From a virus (Duplodnaviria > Heunggongvirae > Uroviricota > Caudoviricetes), in IMG/VR virus record IMGVR_UViG_3300012983_000030: a DNA stretch of 64,000 nt; one strand, 5' to 3'. A program made the position numbers and the translations under genes. Positions 36,440 through 45,069 of the stretch are shown here, in pieces (position 1 is the stretch's first letter; each line of letters starts with the position of its first letter). The notes under the pieces are model-generated. The model was not told the DNA's origin. It did not search any database and worked only from the letters and a program-made list of their open reading frames with translations.

Positions 36440-36631
36440 ATGTATATAATTTATTATAGTGTTCTTGCAATTATAGGATTATGTATCGCGATTGCTGTCT
36501 ATACCAATAAAAAATATAATTTTTTGTGTAAAATTGGTTTTCATGATTGGGAATGGGTAGTAGACGAAAAATATAAATATCCAGGAGCAAGACAAATATG
36601 TAAAAATTGTAAAAAAATGAGGGAATATTGA
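36440..36631 (+). CDS. small membrane protein (hypothetical)
   Basis: Internal start MYIIYYSVLAIIGLCIAIAV carries a transmembrane helix followed by CxxC. The first part of the listed ORF is unlikely to be coding. Confidence 0.3.
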   Translation: MYIIYYSVLAIIGLCIAIAVYTNKKYNFLCKIGFHDWEWVVDEKYKYPGARQICKNCKKMREY

Positions 36632-36831
36632 TGTTTAAGATTTTCAGTAAGCAAAAAGTAAAACTACAAGAAATCAAAAAAGAAGAAATTCAATTAAAAG
36701 AGCAGACAGATGCTCTATCTAAAGTAGATGAAAAATATAGTTTGTTATATGAAAAAGCAAATAAAATGTTTACTGAAAAGAATTTTGAAGGAAATTCAGC
36801 TGAACAGTTTTATTCATTATTTATTCAATAA
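36628..36831 (+). CDS. hypothetical protein
   Basis: 67-aa ORF; its start overlaps the stop of the upstream gene. Confidence 0.35.
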   Translation: MMFKIFSKQKVKLQEIKKEEIQLKEQTDALSKVDEKYSLLYEKANKMFTEKNFEGNSAEQFYSLFIQ

Positions 36832-36940
36832 AATTTAATATTATGTCATTTAAGAGAGATGTTAAAAAGCATCTCTTTTTTTGTTTTACTTTTAAAATAT
36901 CAAGTAATATATAAATAATATAAATATTAGGAGCAAACAG

Positions 36941-37315
36941 ATGAATTGTAATTGGACAAAACAGCAAAATATTTGGTATTTAGAAGATAACAATCATTTT
37001 TATAAGATAAATTTTACATATTTTCATCCATATGGTATGATTAGTTTAAAGATAATTGATAAAAGCAATATAAAAATTTCATATACTTTTGATTGGTTTA
37101 AGTCAACTAATAAAATAACTTTAATAAAATTTGATAAAACGAAGCCGGATGATTTAGTAGATATAATAGCTAGAGAATCATTAACGGCAATAGATACTTT
37201 AGATACTTTTAGATTAGCTATTAAATACGCTGAATTATCTAATGAAATACTAGATTCAAATGTATATGAAGACTTTTTAGAGGCAATACAATGGGCTTGT
37301 ACGGATCTAAATTAA
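36941..37315 (+). CDS. hypothetical protein (paralog of 37291-37638)
   Basis: C-terminal motif LDSNVYEDFLEAIQW matches LDPDVYEDFCNYEV in the next gene. Shine-Dalgarno AGGAG. Confidence 0.4.
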   Translation: MNCNWTKQQNIWYLEDNNHFYKINFTYFHPYGMISLKIIDKSNIKISYTFDWFKSTNKITLIKFDKTKPDDLVDIIARESLTAIDTLDTFRLAIKYAELSNEILDSNVYEDFLEAIQWACTDLN

Positions 37316-37638
37316 ATTGGACAGTAACTGAAGATTTTAGTCATTATTCTTATAGAGATCCTAATAAAAATCTTGTATATTTCATTGATTCTATTTGTGT
37401 TGCAGGATTATTACAAAATAAAACTTTAACTATACTCAATGAAAATAATAATGCTTTAGTATATTTTATGTATGAAGAAGTAGCTAACTTATATACAGTT
37501 AAATATCATTATAAAGAAAGAACTGAAGTTGTATCAGATATTTCAGATTTAATGGTAGCATTATGTACAGTTAGTCAATATTTAAACGATACATTAGATC
37601 CTGATGTATATGAAGATTTTTGTAATTATGAAGTATGA
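37291..37638 (+). CDS. hypothetical protein (paralog of 36941-37315)
   Basis: 115-aa ORF sharing its C-terminal motif with the preceding gene. Confidence 0.4.
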   Translation: MGLYGSKLNWTVTEDFSHYSYRDPNKNLVYFIDSICVAGLLQNKTLTILNENNNALVYFMYEEVANLYTVKYHYKERTEVVSDISDLMVALCTVSQYLNDTLDPDVYEDFCNYEV

Positions 37639-37820
37639 CAAGACTGTTGTTTTGCTTGTATTATTTTTTCTACAGCTTTCTTTTCATAATATTTTCTTTT
37701 ATTCTCTAATATTTTTTGATATTTATCTTCAGAACCTTCTCTAGATTGATTACAAAATTCATTTAATTGTTGTGCTTCATATCTATAATCAGCATATTCT
37801 TCATAACCATTTGTAGACAT
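37626..37820 (-). CDS. small hypothetical protein (the only minus-strand gene in this block)
   Basis: 64-aa ORF with AAAGGA on the reverse strand. Confidence 0.35.
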   Translation of the reverse strand: MSTNGYEEYADYRYEAQQLNEFCNQSREGSEDKYQKILENKRKYYEKKAVEKIIQAKQQSCHTS

Positions 37821-37954
37821 TAAAAATTCCTTTTATTATATTTTTACCATATTATAGAATTTATACTAATTGCATTTTCTAATATGATTTTTTGCTTTAC
37901 AAATCATTTATTTTTATTAAAATAATATAATAACATAATTTATAAGAGGCTTTT

Positions 37955-38341
37955 ATGAAGTTTTCACTATTAGATCAACAAATTAGACGTTGTATAATTG
38001 CAGATTTAATTTCTGTAATACCTTTATATAATGTAAAAAATATAAATGAAAACACAACTTTTCAAATAAATTGGAATTCCTTTTATCTAAAAATAAAAAG
38101 CTTGGATATGACATATTATAATCAAGTTATGCAGATATTAAACAAAATACAAGCCGAATTAGATGTATTTAGGTGTATTCGTCCAGAAATTACTAAAAAG
38201 AATAAAGGAATATACGCTGAATTAAAAAAGAATTTATCAAACGAACAAATCATTACATTAATGAAATTATATAAATACAGTTTAGAATATGTAAAAAGTG
38301 CTTTACCTACTAAAATCAACATAAAATCAGAGATTCTATAA
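37955..38341 (+). CDS. hypothetical protein
   Basis: 128-aa ORF. Confidence 0.4.
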   Translation: MKFSLLDQQIRRCIIADLISVIPLYNVKNINENTTFQINWNSFYLKIKSLDMTYYNQVMQILNKIQAELDVFRCIRPEITKKNKGIYAELKKNLSNEQIITLMKLYKYSLEYVKSALPTKINIKSEIL

Positions 38342-38387
38342 ATAAAGTTTACAGATACTATTTTGTTAATTTTTAACTTTATTTATT

Positions 38388-38873
38388 ATGTCAAAAAAGA
38401 ATCAAAATGTATTACAGGGAACATTATTTCCTGAATACGAGGTCAAACAACCAAAAAAGACCCAGAAAAGACCAAGTGCTGTCAAAAGATTACAAGCAGA
38501 AAAGGCAAAGCTTGAAGAGAAAGTAAGACAGTTAAAGAAAGAAAATGCGAAACTTAAACTAAAAGCAGAAGCTTTCGATGAACTTATTGCTTCATCTAGT
38601 CTCTTTACCACAACTGTGATTGCCAAAAGCTTTGGTTGGTCAGCAATTAGACTGAATCAGTACCTAAATCAAAAGCGAGTACAGTATCAGCAAGGTGAAG
38701 TATGGGTACTTTATGCTAAGTATGCAAATGAAGGGTATACAAGAATTTGCTGGTATGATTATGCCACCGATTCAAAAGGAAAACCTTTGTCTAGAGCGCA
38801 TACTTATTGGACAAGTAAAGGATTACTGTTTATACGACAGCTCCTTAAAGAAGATGGTCTATTAAAAGACTAA
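38388..38873 (+). CDS. KilA-C/antirepressor-like DNA-binding protein (tentative)
   Basis: Basic coiled-coil N-terminus followed by a C-terminal W/Y-rich domain like the C-terminal parts of phage antirepressors. GC content and codon usage differ from the neighbours. Confidence 0.35.
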   Translation: MSKKNQNVLQGTLFPEYEVKQPKKTQKRPSAVKRLQAEKAKLEEKVRQLKKENAKLKLKAEAFDELIASSSLFTTTVIAKSFGWSAIRLNQYLNQKRVQYQQGEVWVLYAKYANEGYTRICWYDYATDSKGKPLSRAHTYWTSKGLLFIRQLLKEDGLLKD

Positions 38874-38972
38874 AACTACAAAAAGCAGGTATTATTACAA
38901 TATCTGCTTTACTTTTTTATGTATTTTACATATAATATATAATGAAAAATAATAGTATAAGGGTAAAATACA

Positions 38973-39362
38973 ATGCAAATAAATAAATTATGCAGATTAG
39001 CAAGAGCTTCGTTAATAGAACATTTATATATACAATATCATTTTTATCAATTAAAATCTATTAAAAATTTTGACATAGGTTTTACAATAAGGTCTAAAAA
39101 GAACAAAATCGGTCCAAATACTGCAGAGGTAGTATTAGCCATTTGTTCGCATTGTCCTAATCAATCAGGAGAAATACTAAAAATCTTAAAAACCTACTTA
39201 GAAAAAACATTAGATATAAACTTTGCTTTTAAAAAAACAGAGGAAAAATTATCTGATAATATGTCATTAACACCTATAAGTCATTCGGTGGAATATACAG
39301 CAGAAATCACTAAACAGGAATTAGAAAGTATATACAATACAGTTACCACTTTGGAGAATTAA
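38973..39362 (+). CDS. hypothetical protein
   Basis: 129-aa ORF. Confidence 0.4.
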   Translation: MQINKLCRLARASLIEHLYIQYHFYQLKSIKNFDIGFTIRSKKNKIGPNTAEVVLAICSHCPNQSGEILKILKTYLEKTLDINFAFKKTEEKLSDNMSLTPISHSVEYTAEITKQELESIYNTVTTLEN

Positions 39363-39364
39363 TA

Positions 39365-39820
39365 ATGTATCCTATAAAAAACATTAAAAAATATCTTTTG
39401 AATTTTATAAACGATAGAATATATAAATATATACTATATAATTCTGTATACGCTGAAATTATTACAAAAAGAAATGAATATAGAATATCTATAAATGTTT
39501 TAGATACTACATTAGGTATATGGAATAAAAAGACTCAAAAAGCAATAGAAACTGACTTTAATACTATATGTAGTAAAATAACCGATACTTTTTCTATAGA
39601 GTTTGAAAATACTATAACTGAATCATACATAGAAGACTTAGGAAATGTAAAAACTCATATTAATGAAATAAAAGTGCATACTAGATTATCTAAACCCTTA
39701 TCTAGAAAAGAATTTAAATTATTACCCGTTTTATCTAAAATAAATAAAAACATAGACTTAAAAGAATATAGATATATGTATTGGACACCTTTATTAGAAA
39801 GGACACAATCATGGATATAA
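39365..39820 (+). CDS. hypothetical protein
   Basis: 151-aa ORF. Confidence 0.4.
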   Translation: MYPIKNIKKYLLNFINDRIYKYILYNSVYAEIITKRNEYRISINVLDTTLGIWNKKTQKAIETDFNTICSKITDTFSIEFENTITESYIEDLGNVKTHINEIKVHTRLSKPLSRKEFKLLPVLSKINKNIDLKEYRYMYWTPLLERTQSWI

Positions 39821-40389
39821 ATAAACTATCAAACGCACTACGTAGAAGATTAGCTATATCAGTATACTTAGAAAATGAGTGTATTGATGCTTTACCTACA
39901 GATAGAGATACAAATAACATAAATATATCTTTCTGGATACATAAGACAAGAAGAGATAATAAACGACCCGTATATAAATTAGGAATACATTTAGAATTAC
40001 CTAGACATCATGAGTATTTTAGTCCAGCAAATAAAAACACGTGTGAAAAAATAAAAAATATTTTATATAAGAAATTAAAACAAGAATATAAAATACAATT
40101 AGATATAAACAATGCAGTAATACTAAATACAAGTACACTATTTCACGATAAAATAATATACAGTATTTATACTAAGTCATTTACATATAATAAAATAAAA
40201 CAACTATATACATATCTAAAACTAATACGTGAAACAGATAAACATAATGAAAGCATGCAAGCTAAATATGATCGCTTAACTACACTAGAATTATACGAAG
40301 TAATAGCAACAATAATGCCAAACAGCAATAATATCACTAATGAAGATACTAATGCTATTCTAACGGGATTAGATAACTACTTTGCATAA
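39811..40389 (+). CDS. hypothetical protein
   Basis: Start at ATG 39811 with AAAGGA upstream. The ORF track began it at 39781. Confidence 0.4.
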   Translation: MDINKLSNALRRRLAISVYLENECIDALPTDRDTNNINISFWIHKTRRDNKRPVYKLGIHLELPRHHEYFSPANKNTCEKIKNILYKKLKQEYKIQLDINNAVILNTSTLFHDKIIYSIYTKSFTYNKIKQLYTYLKLIRETDKHNESMQAKYDRLTTLELYEVIATIMPNSNNITNEDTNAILTGLDNYFA

Positions 40390-40989
40390 TAGGATATACT
40401 ACTAGTACTTTCTTACTGACTATTGCTGTGTATATACATACTTACTGACTTTTGCTACAATATTTATGACACTTTACTTACTACGGCTATATATACATCT
40501 TGTTGTCTGCTTTTGACATCTTCTTCTTATTTTTCTGCTGACCTTCTTACGACTTTTCTATTTTCTTTCTAACTTTTCTCTCTTCTGTTTACTGCTGTTT
40601 ACTGACACCTCCTACTGGGTTTTGACTGGCTGCCCTGGTCCCTATATGTAAAGGGCCCGCCCCCGGGGGTCCCCTGGCTGGGTATGGGTCTTTTTAGGTC
40701 CTTATATGTAGGAATCCATATAATTGCTGTAGGAGTCTGTCTTATATTCTGGTTATAAATTATATATGATTTAGGAATCTGTATTCCTGTGGTCAAAAAA
40801 AGTATGTTTATGTGAGTGTTTCGGAATTAGGTAATCGGTAGTCTAATAGTCTACAAATATTCAGCCTGATTATACAGTCTAATTGTTTATGTATAATCTA
40901 AACCTGTAAATGACAAAAACTAAAGTGAAAGGTAAACATGATGTAAATGAAAAAAATATTTTCTCTGTTATTATAAAACTGTCTCGTTG

Positions 40990-41034
40990 TAAATAAACAA
41001 CCTATTTCTTACTAGAGGTAGGTTGTTTTTATTT
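40990..41034 (+). terminator. terminator hairpin fused to a conserved 20-mer (repeat copy 1)
   Basis: Stem AACAACCTA / TAGGTTGTT and a T-run, followed by ACGTAAAGGCCAAC. Confidence 0.45.
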
Positions 41035-41160
41035 TATACCTATACGTAAAGGCCAACTTAATTATGCAGTCTAATTTATTTAGTATATTCTATAATCATA
41101 AAATATAGGCACAGCTGAAAAGTGTATTTGTATTTTATATTACACATGATTTTTCTCAAG

Positions 41161-41215
41161 ATAACCTATACTAAATAAGTGTAGGTTATTTTTTTATTCG
41201 CACGTAAAGGCCAGC
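41161..41215 (+). terminator. terminator hairpin fused to a conserved 20-mer (repeat copy 2)
   Basis: Stem ATAACCTA / TAGGTTAT and a T-run, followed by ACGTAAAGGCCAGC. Confidence 0.45.
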
Positions 41216-41254
41216 CTAATTGTACAACTTAATATAATTGATATATAATAAAGG

Positions 41255-41289
41255 TATAATAAGAAAACAATAAGTTTAATCTTATTATA
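41255..41289 (+). repeat. stem-loop repeat 1 (stem TATAATAAG/CTTATTATA, loop AAAACAATAAGTTTAAT)
   Basis: Read directly from the sequence; the loop sequence is conserved across all three copies. Confidence 0.6.
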
Positions 41290-41374
41290 GATAAAAAAAT
41301 TATAATAAAGTGTTTTAATGTTCAACTTAATTATAATATATGATCAACTTAATAAATATATATTATAATAAAAC

Positions 41375-41409
41375 TATAATAAAGAAACATTAAGTTTAAC
41401 TTTATTATA
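41375..41409 (+). repeat. stem-loop repeat 2 (stem TATAATAAAG/CTTTATTATA, loop AAACATTAAGTTTAA)
   Basis: Read directly from the sequence; the stem covaries with the loop unchanged. Confidence 0.6.
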
Positions 41410-41500
41410 AAATATAAAAACTTCAAAAAATAAATAAATTAAATGACCAGCCTAATAAAAATAATTGATCAACAAAATATTTATAATATATAATAAAATT

Positions 41501-41533
41501 ATAAATAAAAAACAATACGTTTAATTTATTTAT
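41501..41533 (+). repeat. stem-loop repeat 3 (stem ATAAATAAA/TTTATTTAT, loop AAACAATACGTTTAA)
   Basis: Read directly from the sequence; the stem covaries with the loop unchanged. Confidence 0.6.
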
Positions 41534-41692
41534 AAATACGAATCCTCACCAACCTAAATTATACTATACACCAACCGAATTTATATACCATAATACAACT
41601 ACATATTGAGTATAAAATATGTGGTTATACTATAGTATATATTCGGACAATATACTATAGAATTGTAAACCTAACTTTAAAGGAGATAAATC

Positions 41693-42034
41693 ATGACAAA
41701 AGCAAAATCATTACAAGAAGTTAAACAATTACGTGAAGCAAACAAACCGGCATTGTTTAATATGGCAGTTGCATTAGATGTAGTTAAAACAACTGCTCCA
41801 AAGACTAAAGGGACTGGTGTATTGTCAACCTTTAGTACAGATTTGATTAACTTGTTTAAAGAAGCTGGAGCACAACTTGCAGTCAATCAAGTAGTTGCAG
41901 CATTCAAAGCAAATGATATAGAAGTGACTTCAAAACAAGTTGCAGATAGATGTTGGTTGCTTGCTAAGAAAGGTATCTTAGAGAAAGGCGACGCTAAAGG
42001 TACTTATGTATATAAGAGCGACGCTCAAGCATAG
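41693..42034 (+). CDS. hypothetical protein, first gene downstream of the control region
   Basis: Strong Shine-Dalgarno AAGGAG. The 113-aa product is rich in A/K/V. Confidence 0.5.
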   Translation: MTKAKSLQEVKQLREANKPALFNMAVALDVVKTTAPKTKGTGVLSTFSTDLINLFKEAGAQLAVNQVVAAFKANDIEVTSKQVADRCWLLAKKGILEKGDAKGTYVYKSDAQA

Positions 42035-42217
42035 CCACCCCCCTACCGCCCCCCTATTAAAAGCGACGCTTGTTATATAAGAGTGCCGCTCATTTTTTAT
42101 TGAAAGGAGTATTGCTATGAAAGAATTACCAAGCATCGCTATTGCATTGGTTGTAGTTAAACCTGGTAGTAGCAACACAACAACAATGATTATCGCAGAC
42201 GAAAGGATAGACATATA

Positions 42218-42403
42218 ATGAAAAAAGTTTTAGAAATATTATCAATAAGTGTAGCAAGCGTCGTATTTACATTAGTATTTATGCTTTGTTTACTAACACC
42301 TGAAAAAACTAAATATAATACATATACTGATCCATATAAATACTGGACAAGCGACGCTTACTTGTGTGAAAACTTTGATTATTGTGAAAGGAGTCAACAA
42401 TGA
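42218..42403 (+). CDS. small membrane protein
   Basis: 61 aa with one transmembrane helix; Shine-Dalgarno GAAAGGA. Confidence 0.4.
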   Translation: MKKVLEILSISVASVVFTLVFMLCLLTPEKTKYNTYTDPYKYWTSDAYLCENFDYCERSQQ

Positions 42404-42639
42404 ACGAGTTTATTTCAATAAGTGTATTAGAATTAAAAGTAGCGCATCCTGATACATATCAACTTACTTATAAGCATACTACTTGTGTAGATGTTAATAA
42501 AAGAATGGTTGAATCATTCCAAACGATTAAAGATCCTTTTAACAAAAAAATATATGTTTTGTTAACAATGACTTCCGGTAAAGAGTATGTCATTGATGAA
42601 GAATCTGAAACATTACTTAGAAGGGAGATTGAACAATGA
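42400..42639 (+). CDS. hypothetical protein
   Basis: 79-aa ORF; its start overlaps the stop of the upstream gene; Shine-Dalgarno GAAAGGAG. Confidence 0.4.
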   Translation: MNEFISISVLELKVAHPDTYQLTYKHTTCVDVNKRMVESFQTIKDPFNKKIYVLLTMTSGKEYVIDEESETLLRREIEQ

Positions 42640-42848
42640 GTATTGTAAATAAAACAGATAGAGATTGGAATTACACATTATTTGTGCAAACAGTCAATAC
42701 ATTAAAATCTTCACAAGGATTTTATTCAAGATTAGCGGCGCAACTTGCTGAAATGTCTGAAGAAGAAAAAGAGCAACTTAAAGAACAGTTGGCTAATCAA
42801 CCTAAGTTTAATGACACATTAGATGTTGTTATGTTTTTAGAAGGTTAA
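42636..42848 (+). CDS. hypothetical protein
   Basis: 70-aa ORF; its start overlaps the stop of the upstream gene. Confidence 0.4.
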   Translation: MSIVNKTDRDWNYTLFVQTVNTLKSSQGFYSRLAAQLAEMSEEEKEQLKEQLANQPKFNDTLDVVMFLEG

Positions 42849-42862
42849 CAAAGGAGGTTATC

Positions 42863-43270
42863 ATGACAGTTAAACGTTATAATGAACTCAAAGAGATTTG
42901 TAGAACACAAAAGTTTGAAGGTATTGAGTATGTGTTTGGTGATAAACAGTTTAAGGAATACCTTGAACGAAACGGTTATACAGAAGCAGACATTGAGTCT
43001 GGTTTACTTGTAGGTGATGGTTGCGGTGGAATCGGAACTAAAGAAGCCTTCGCTAAACGTCACGAATTTTATGAACAAATAGATGAAAGGATTAAAGCTG
43101 AATGCAAACCAGAAGATATTTTTGAATCAGAATGGTGGAATCATGAATGTGGTTTAACTTATAGTTATTCTACACCACTTCATCTTACACAACATTACTT
43201 CCCAGACTTTAAACCATCTGCGAAGTTATTGAATAGATTACAAAAACGATTTAATGAGCTTAATTTTTAA
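42863..43270 (+). CDS. hypothetical protein
   Basis: 135-aa ORF; Shine-Dalgarno AAAGGAGG. Confidence 0.4.
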   Translation: MTVKRYNELKEICRTQKFEGIEYVFGDKQFKEYLERNGYTEADIESGLLVGDGCGGIGTKEAFAKRHEFYEQIDERIKAECKPEDIFESEWWNHECGLTYSYSTPLHLTQHYFPDFKPSAKLLNRLQKRFNELNF

Positions 43271-43280
43271 GGAGATACGT

Positions 43281-43547
43281 ATGAATAATACAAACGAATT
43301 ATTATATATGGTAAGACAAACACAACCAAGTGCTTGCTATGATAAAACTACTATTTACATATATACCAATGAGGAAGATGCAAATAGAGTTGCAAGACAA
43401 TTAAACAAAAAGTATGGTGCTAATTGTGAGTTTACTGAAGAGTATGACTTTATTGCTGAAAATGATGATGTGGATTATGATGAGATTCATTATTATGATG
43501 TAGAAGCAATAAGGTTAAACGAAAAGCTTGCACCATTTTATACTTGA
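43281..43547 (+). CDS. hypothetical protein
   Basis: Start at ATG 43281 with TAAGGAG upstream. The ORF track began it at 43254. Confidence 0.4.
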   Translation: MNNTNELLYMVRQTQPSACYDKTTIYIYTNEEDANRVARQLNKKYGANCEFTEEYDFIAENDDVDYDEIHYYDVEAIRLNEKLAPFYT

Positions 43548-43563
43548 TGAAAGGAGTTAAATC

Positions 43564-44079
43564 ATGACAAAAACAACTTATATTATTACTGACCCTTGCT
43601 ACATTATAGAAGATAATGTATGGAATGATATTTGTGGTCAATGTACTAGTGATGATTTTTATAATGGTAAATTTAATAAATTGGTTGCTGACCATCTTAC
43701 TAAAATTACTGGTCAACAAGCGTATGCTTCAGAAACAGGTTTTGGTGATTGGGACAATCAGTTATTTGTAAGTATACCAGAATTACTTAAGAACTCTGGT
43801 AATTTTTGTGCAGATTCTGGTATGGTCTGTGTTTGTAAACTAGATGCAGCATTATTTAGTAAGTATACACCAGAACAAATTAAGAAGTTTGGTGCAATCT
43901 TTGAAGTAGAAGGTGAATTAAAAGTAAACATTGATACTTCAAATAGTGATTGGACACAAATTACAATGTCTGATTCAGCTGGTCATACATTCAGTACACT
44001 TCCTGCAGATGTAATGTTTGAGGAAGATTATGATGAAGATGATGAGTCTGGCTACTTTGATGACCATGCAAATTGGTGA
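43564..44079 (+). CDS. hypothetical protein
   Basis: 171-aa ORF; Shine-Dalgarno AAAGGAG. Confidence 0.45.
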   Translation: MTKTTYIITDPCYIIEDNVWNDICGQCTSDDFYNGKFNKLVADHLTKITGQQAYASETGFGDWDNQLFVSIPELLKNSGNFCADSGMVCVCKLDAALFSKYTPEQIKKFGAIFEVEGELKVNIDTSNSDWTQITMSDSAGHTFSTLPADVMFEEDYDEDDESGYFDDHANW

Positions 44080-44161
44080 TGAAGGAGAGTAAATGTTGAA
44101 CGATACCAGCTGAATATGTATCTATTATATTATGTTTAACTTAATTGAAAGGAGATTTAAA

Positions 44162-44470
44162 ATGTTTCAAGCAGGTGATATTTTATGTAGCTCACACGGT
44201 TATAACTGTACTCTAGTAAGTTTTTATAGAGTATTAAGAGTAACAAAAGCAAGTGTAGTATTACAAGAATTAGAAAACAGATTTGATGAGCATGATGGCT
44301 ATGGTCAAGTAGGACATGTTGTACCAAGTCATGTTGAACGTGCAGATAAACCATTCATGAGAAGAATATTATATAATCAATATAGTAATGAGCATTATGT
44401 TGCTATTAGTAAATATGAATATGCTAGTAAATGGAATGGTAAACCTGTATATTATAACTCAATGGATTGA
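44162..44470 (+). CDS. hypothetical protein
   Basis: Start at ATG 44162 with GAAAGGAG upstream. The ORF track began it at 44132. Confidence 0.4.
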   Translation: MFQAGDILCSSHGYNCTLVSFYRVLRVTKASVVLQELENRFDEHDGYGQVGHVVPSHVERADKPFMRRILYNQYSNEHYVAISKYEYASKWNGKPVYYNSMD

Positions 44471-44481
44471 CGGAGGTAAAC

Positions 44482-44640
44482 AATGAAGGATGACGATGAT
44501 AATCCTATAATTGGTGTTATTCAGATAATCATAGTTATTTGGTTAATAACTCAAATAACCAGTATGGCAAGTGACATCAATCAAATAAAACATGATGTTG
44601 AAATATTAAAGTTAAGCCATTGTTATGCTGACGCTGATAC
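44482..44640 (+). CDS. small membrane protein
   Basis: About 52 aa with one transmembrane helix; Shine-Dalgarno GGAGG. Below the ORF-track size cutoff. Confidence 0.3.
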
Positions 44641-44655
44641 GAAAGGAGGTAAACA

Positions 44656-45069
44656 ATGACAATACCCTATGTAACGAGTGATCAACTTAAAAATGCTGCA
44701 GACTATCTTGCTTCTACTAAAGAACAAGGTGGTTGTTATCATTGGAAAGTTTGTAGTCAAGGTGATAAAGACATTGCTATTGTCCTAGGTTGGACAAATG
44801 GTTTTGATAAGGATGATCCTGCTAAAGATAAATATCAAGATGATACTTGGAGACTTGCTGTTAAAGTTGGTTATCAACCGTCTAATAGTATGATGCAATG
44901 TGATTACGATATAGATTTTAGTCTTCCATATAATCCTGATAATGGTGATGTATGTGATGATTGCGAATATTGTATATACGAAACCACTAACTTTGGAGCA
45001 CTTGCTAAAGACATAAACAGCAATGTAGATTGGGTAATCCAACATTGGAAGGAGTTAGGACATGACTAA
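44656..45069 (+). CDS. hypothetical protein
   Basis: 137-aa ORF; Shine-Dalgarno AAAGGAGG. Confidence 0.45.
   Translation: MTIPYVTSDQLKNAADYLASTKEQGGCYHWKVCSQGDKDIAIVLGWTNGFDKDDPAKDKYQDDTWRLAVKVGYQPSNSMMQCDYDIDFSLPYNPDNGDVCDDCEYCIYETTNFGALAKDINSNVDWVIQHWKELGHD

Larger units (their letters stand above)
41225..41534 (+). promoter_or_regulatory. three tandem units, each with a sigma-70-like promoter (TTGTAC / TTGATC, then about 17-18 bp, then TATAAT) followed by a conserved stem-loop
   Basis: AATTGTACAACTTAATATAATTGATATATAAT, TGATCAACTTAATAAATATATATTATAAT and AATTGATCAACAAAATATTTATAATATATAAT. The stem-loops are at 41255-41289, 41375-41409 and 41501-41533. Confidence 0.45.

Noticed and set aside
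38122-38626. Minus-strand ORFs 38122-38322 and 38402-38626
   Set aside because: Antisense to plus-strand genes that have Shine-Dalgarno sites.
40599-40796. Minus-strand 65-aa ORF
   Set aside because: It lies in the GC-rich palindrome of the non-coding control region. Its Pro/Gly-rich translation is a product of the palindrome, and it has no Shine-Dalgarno site.
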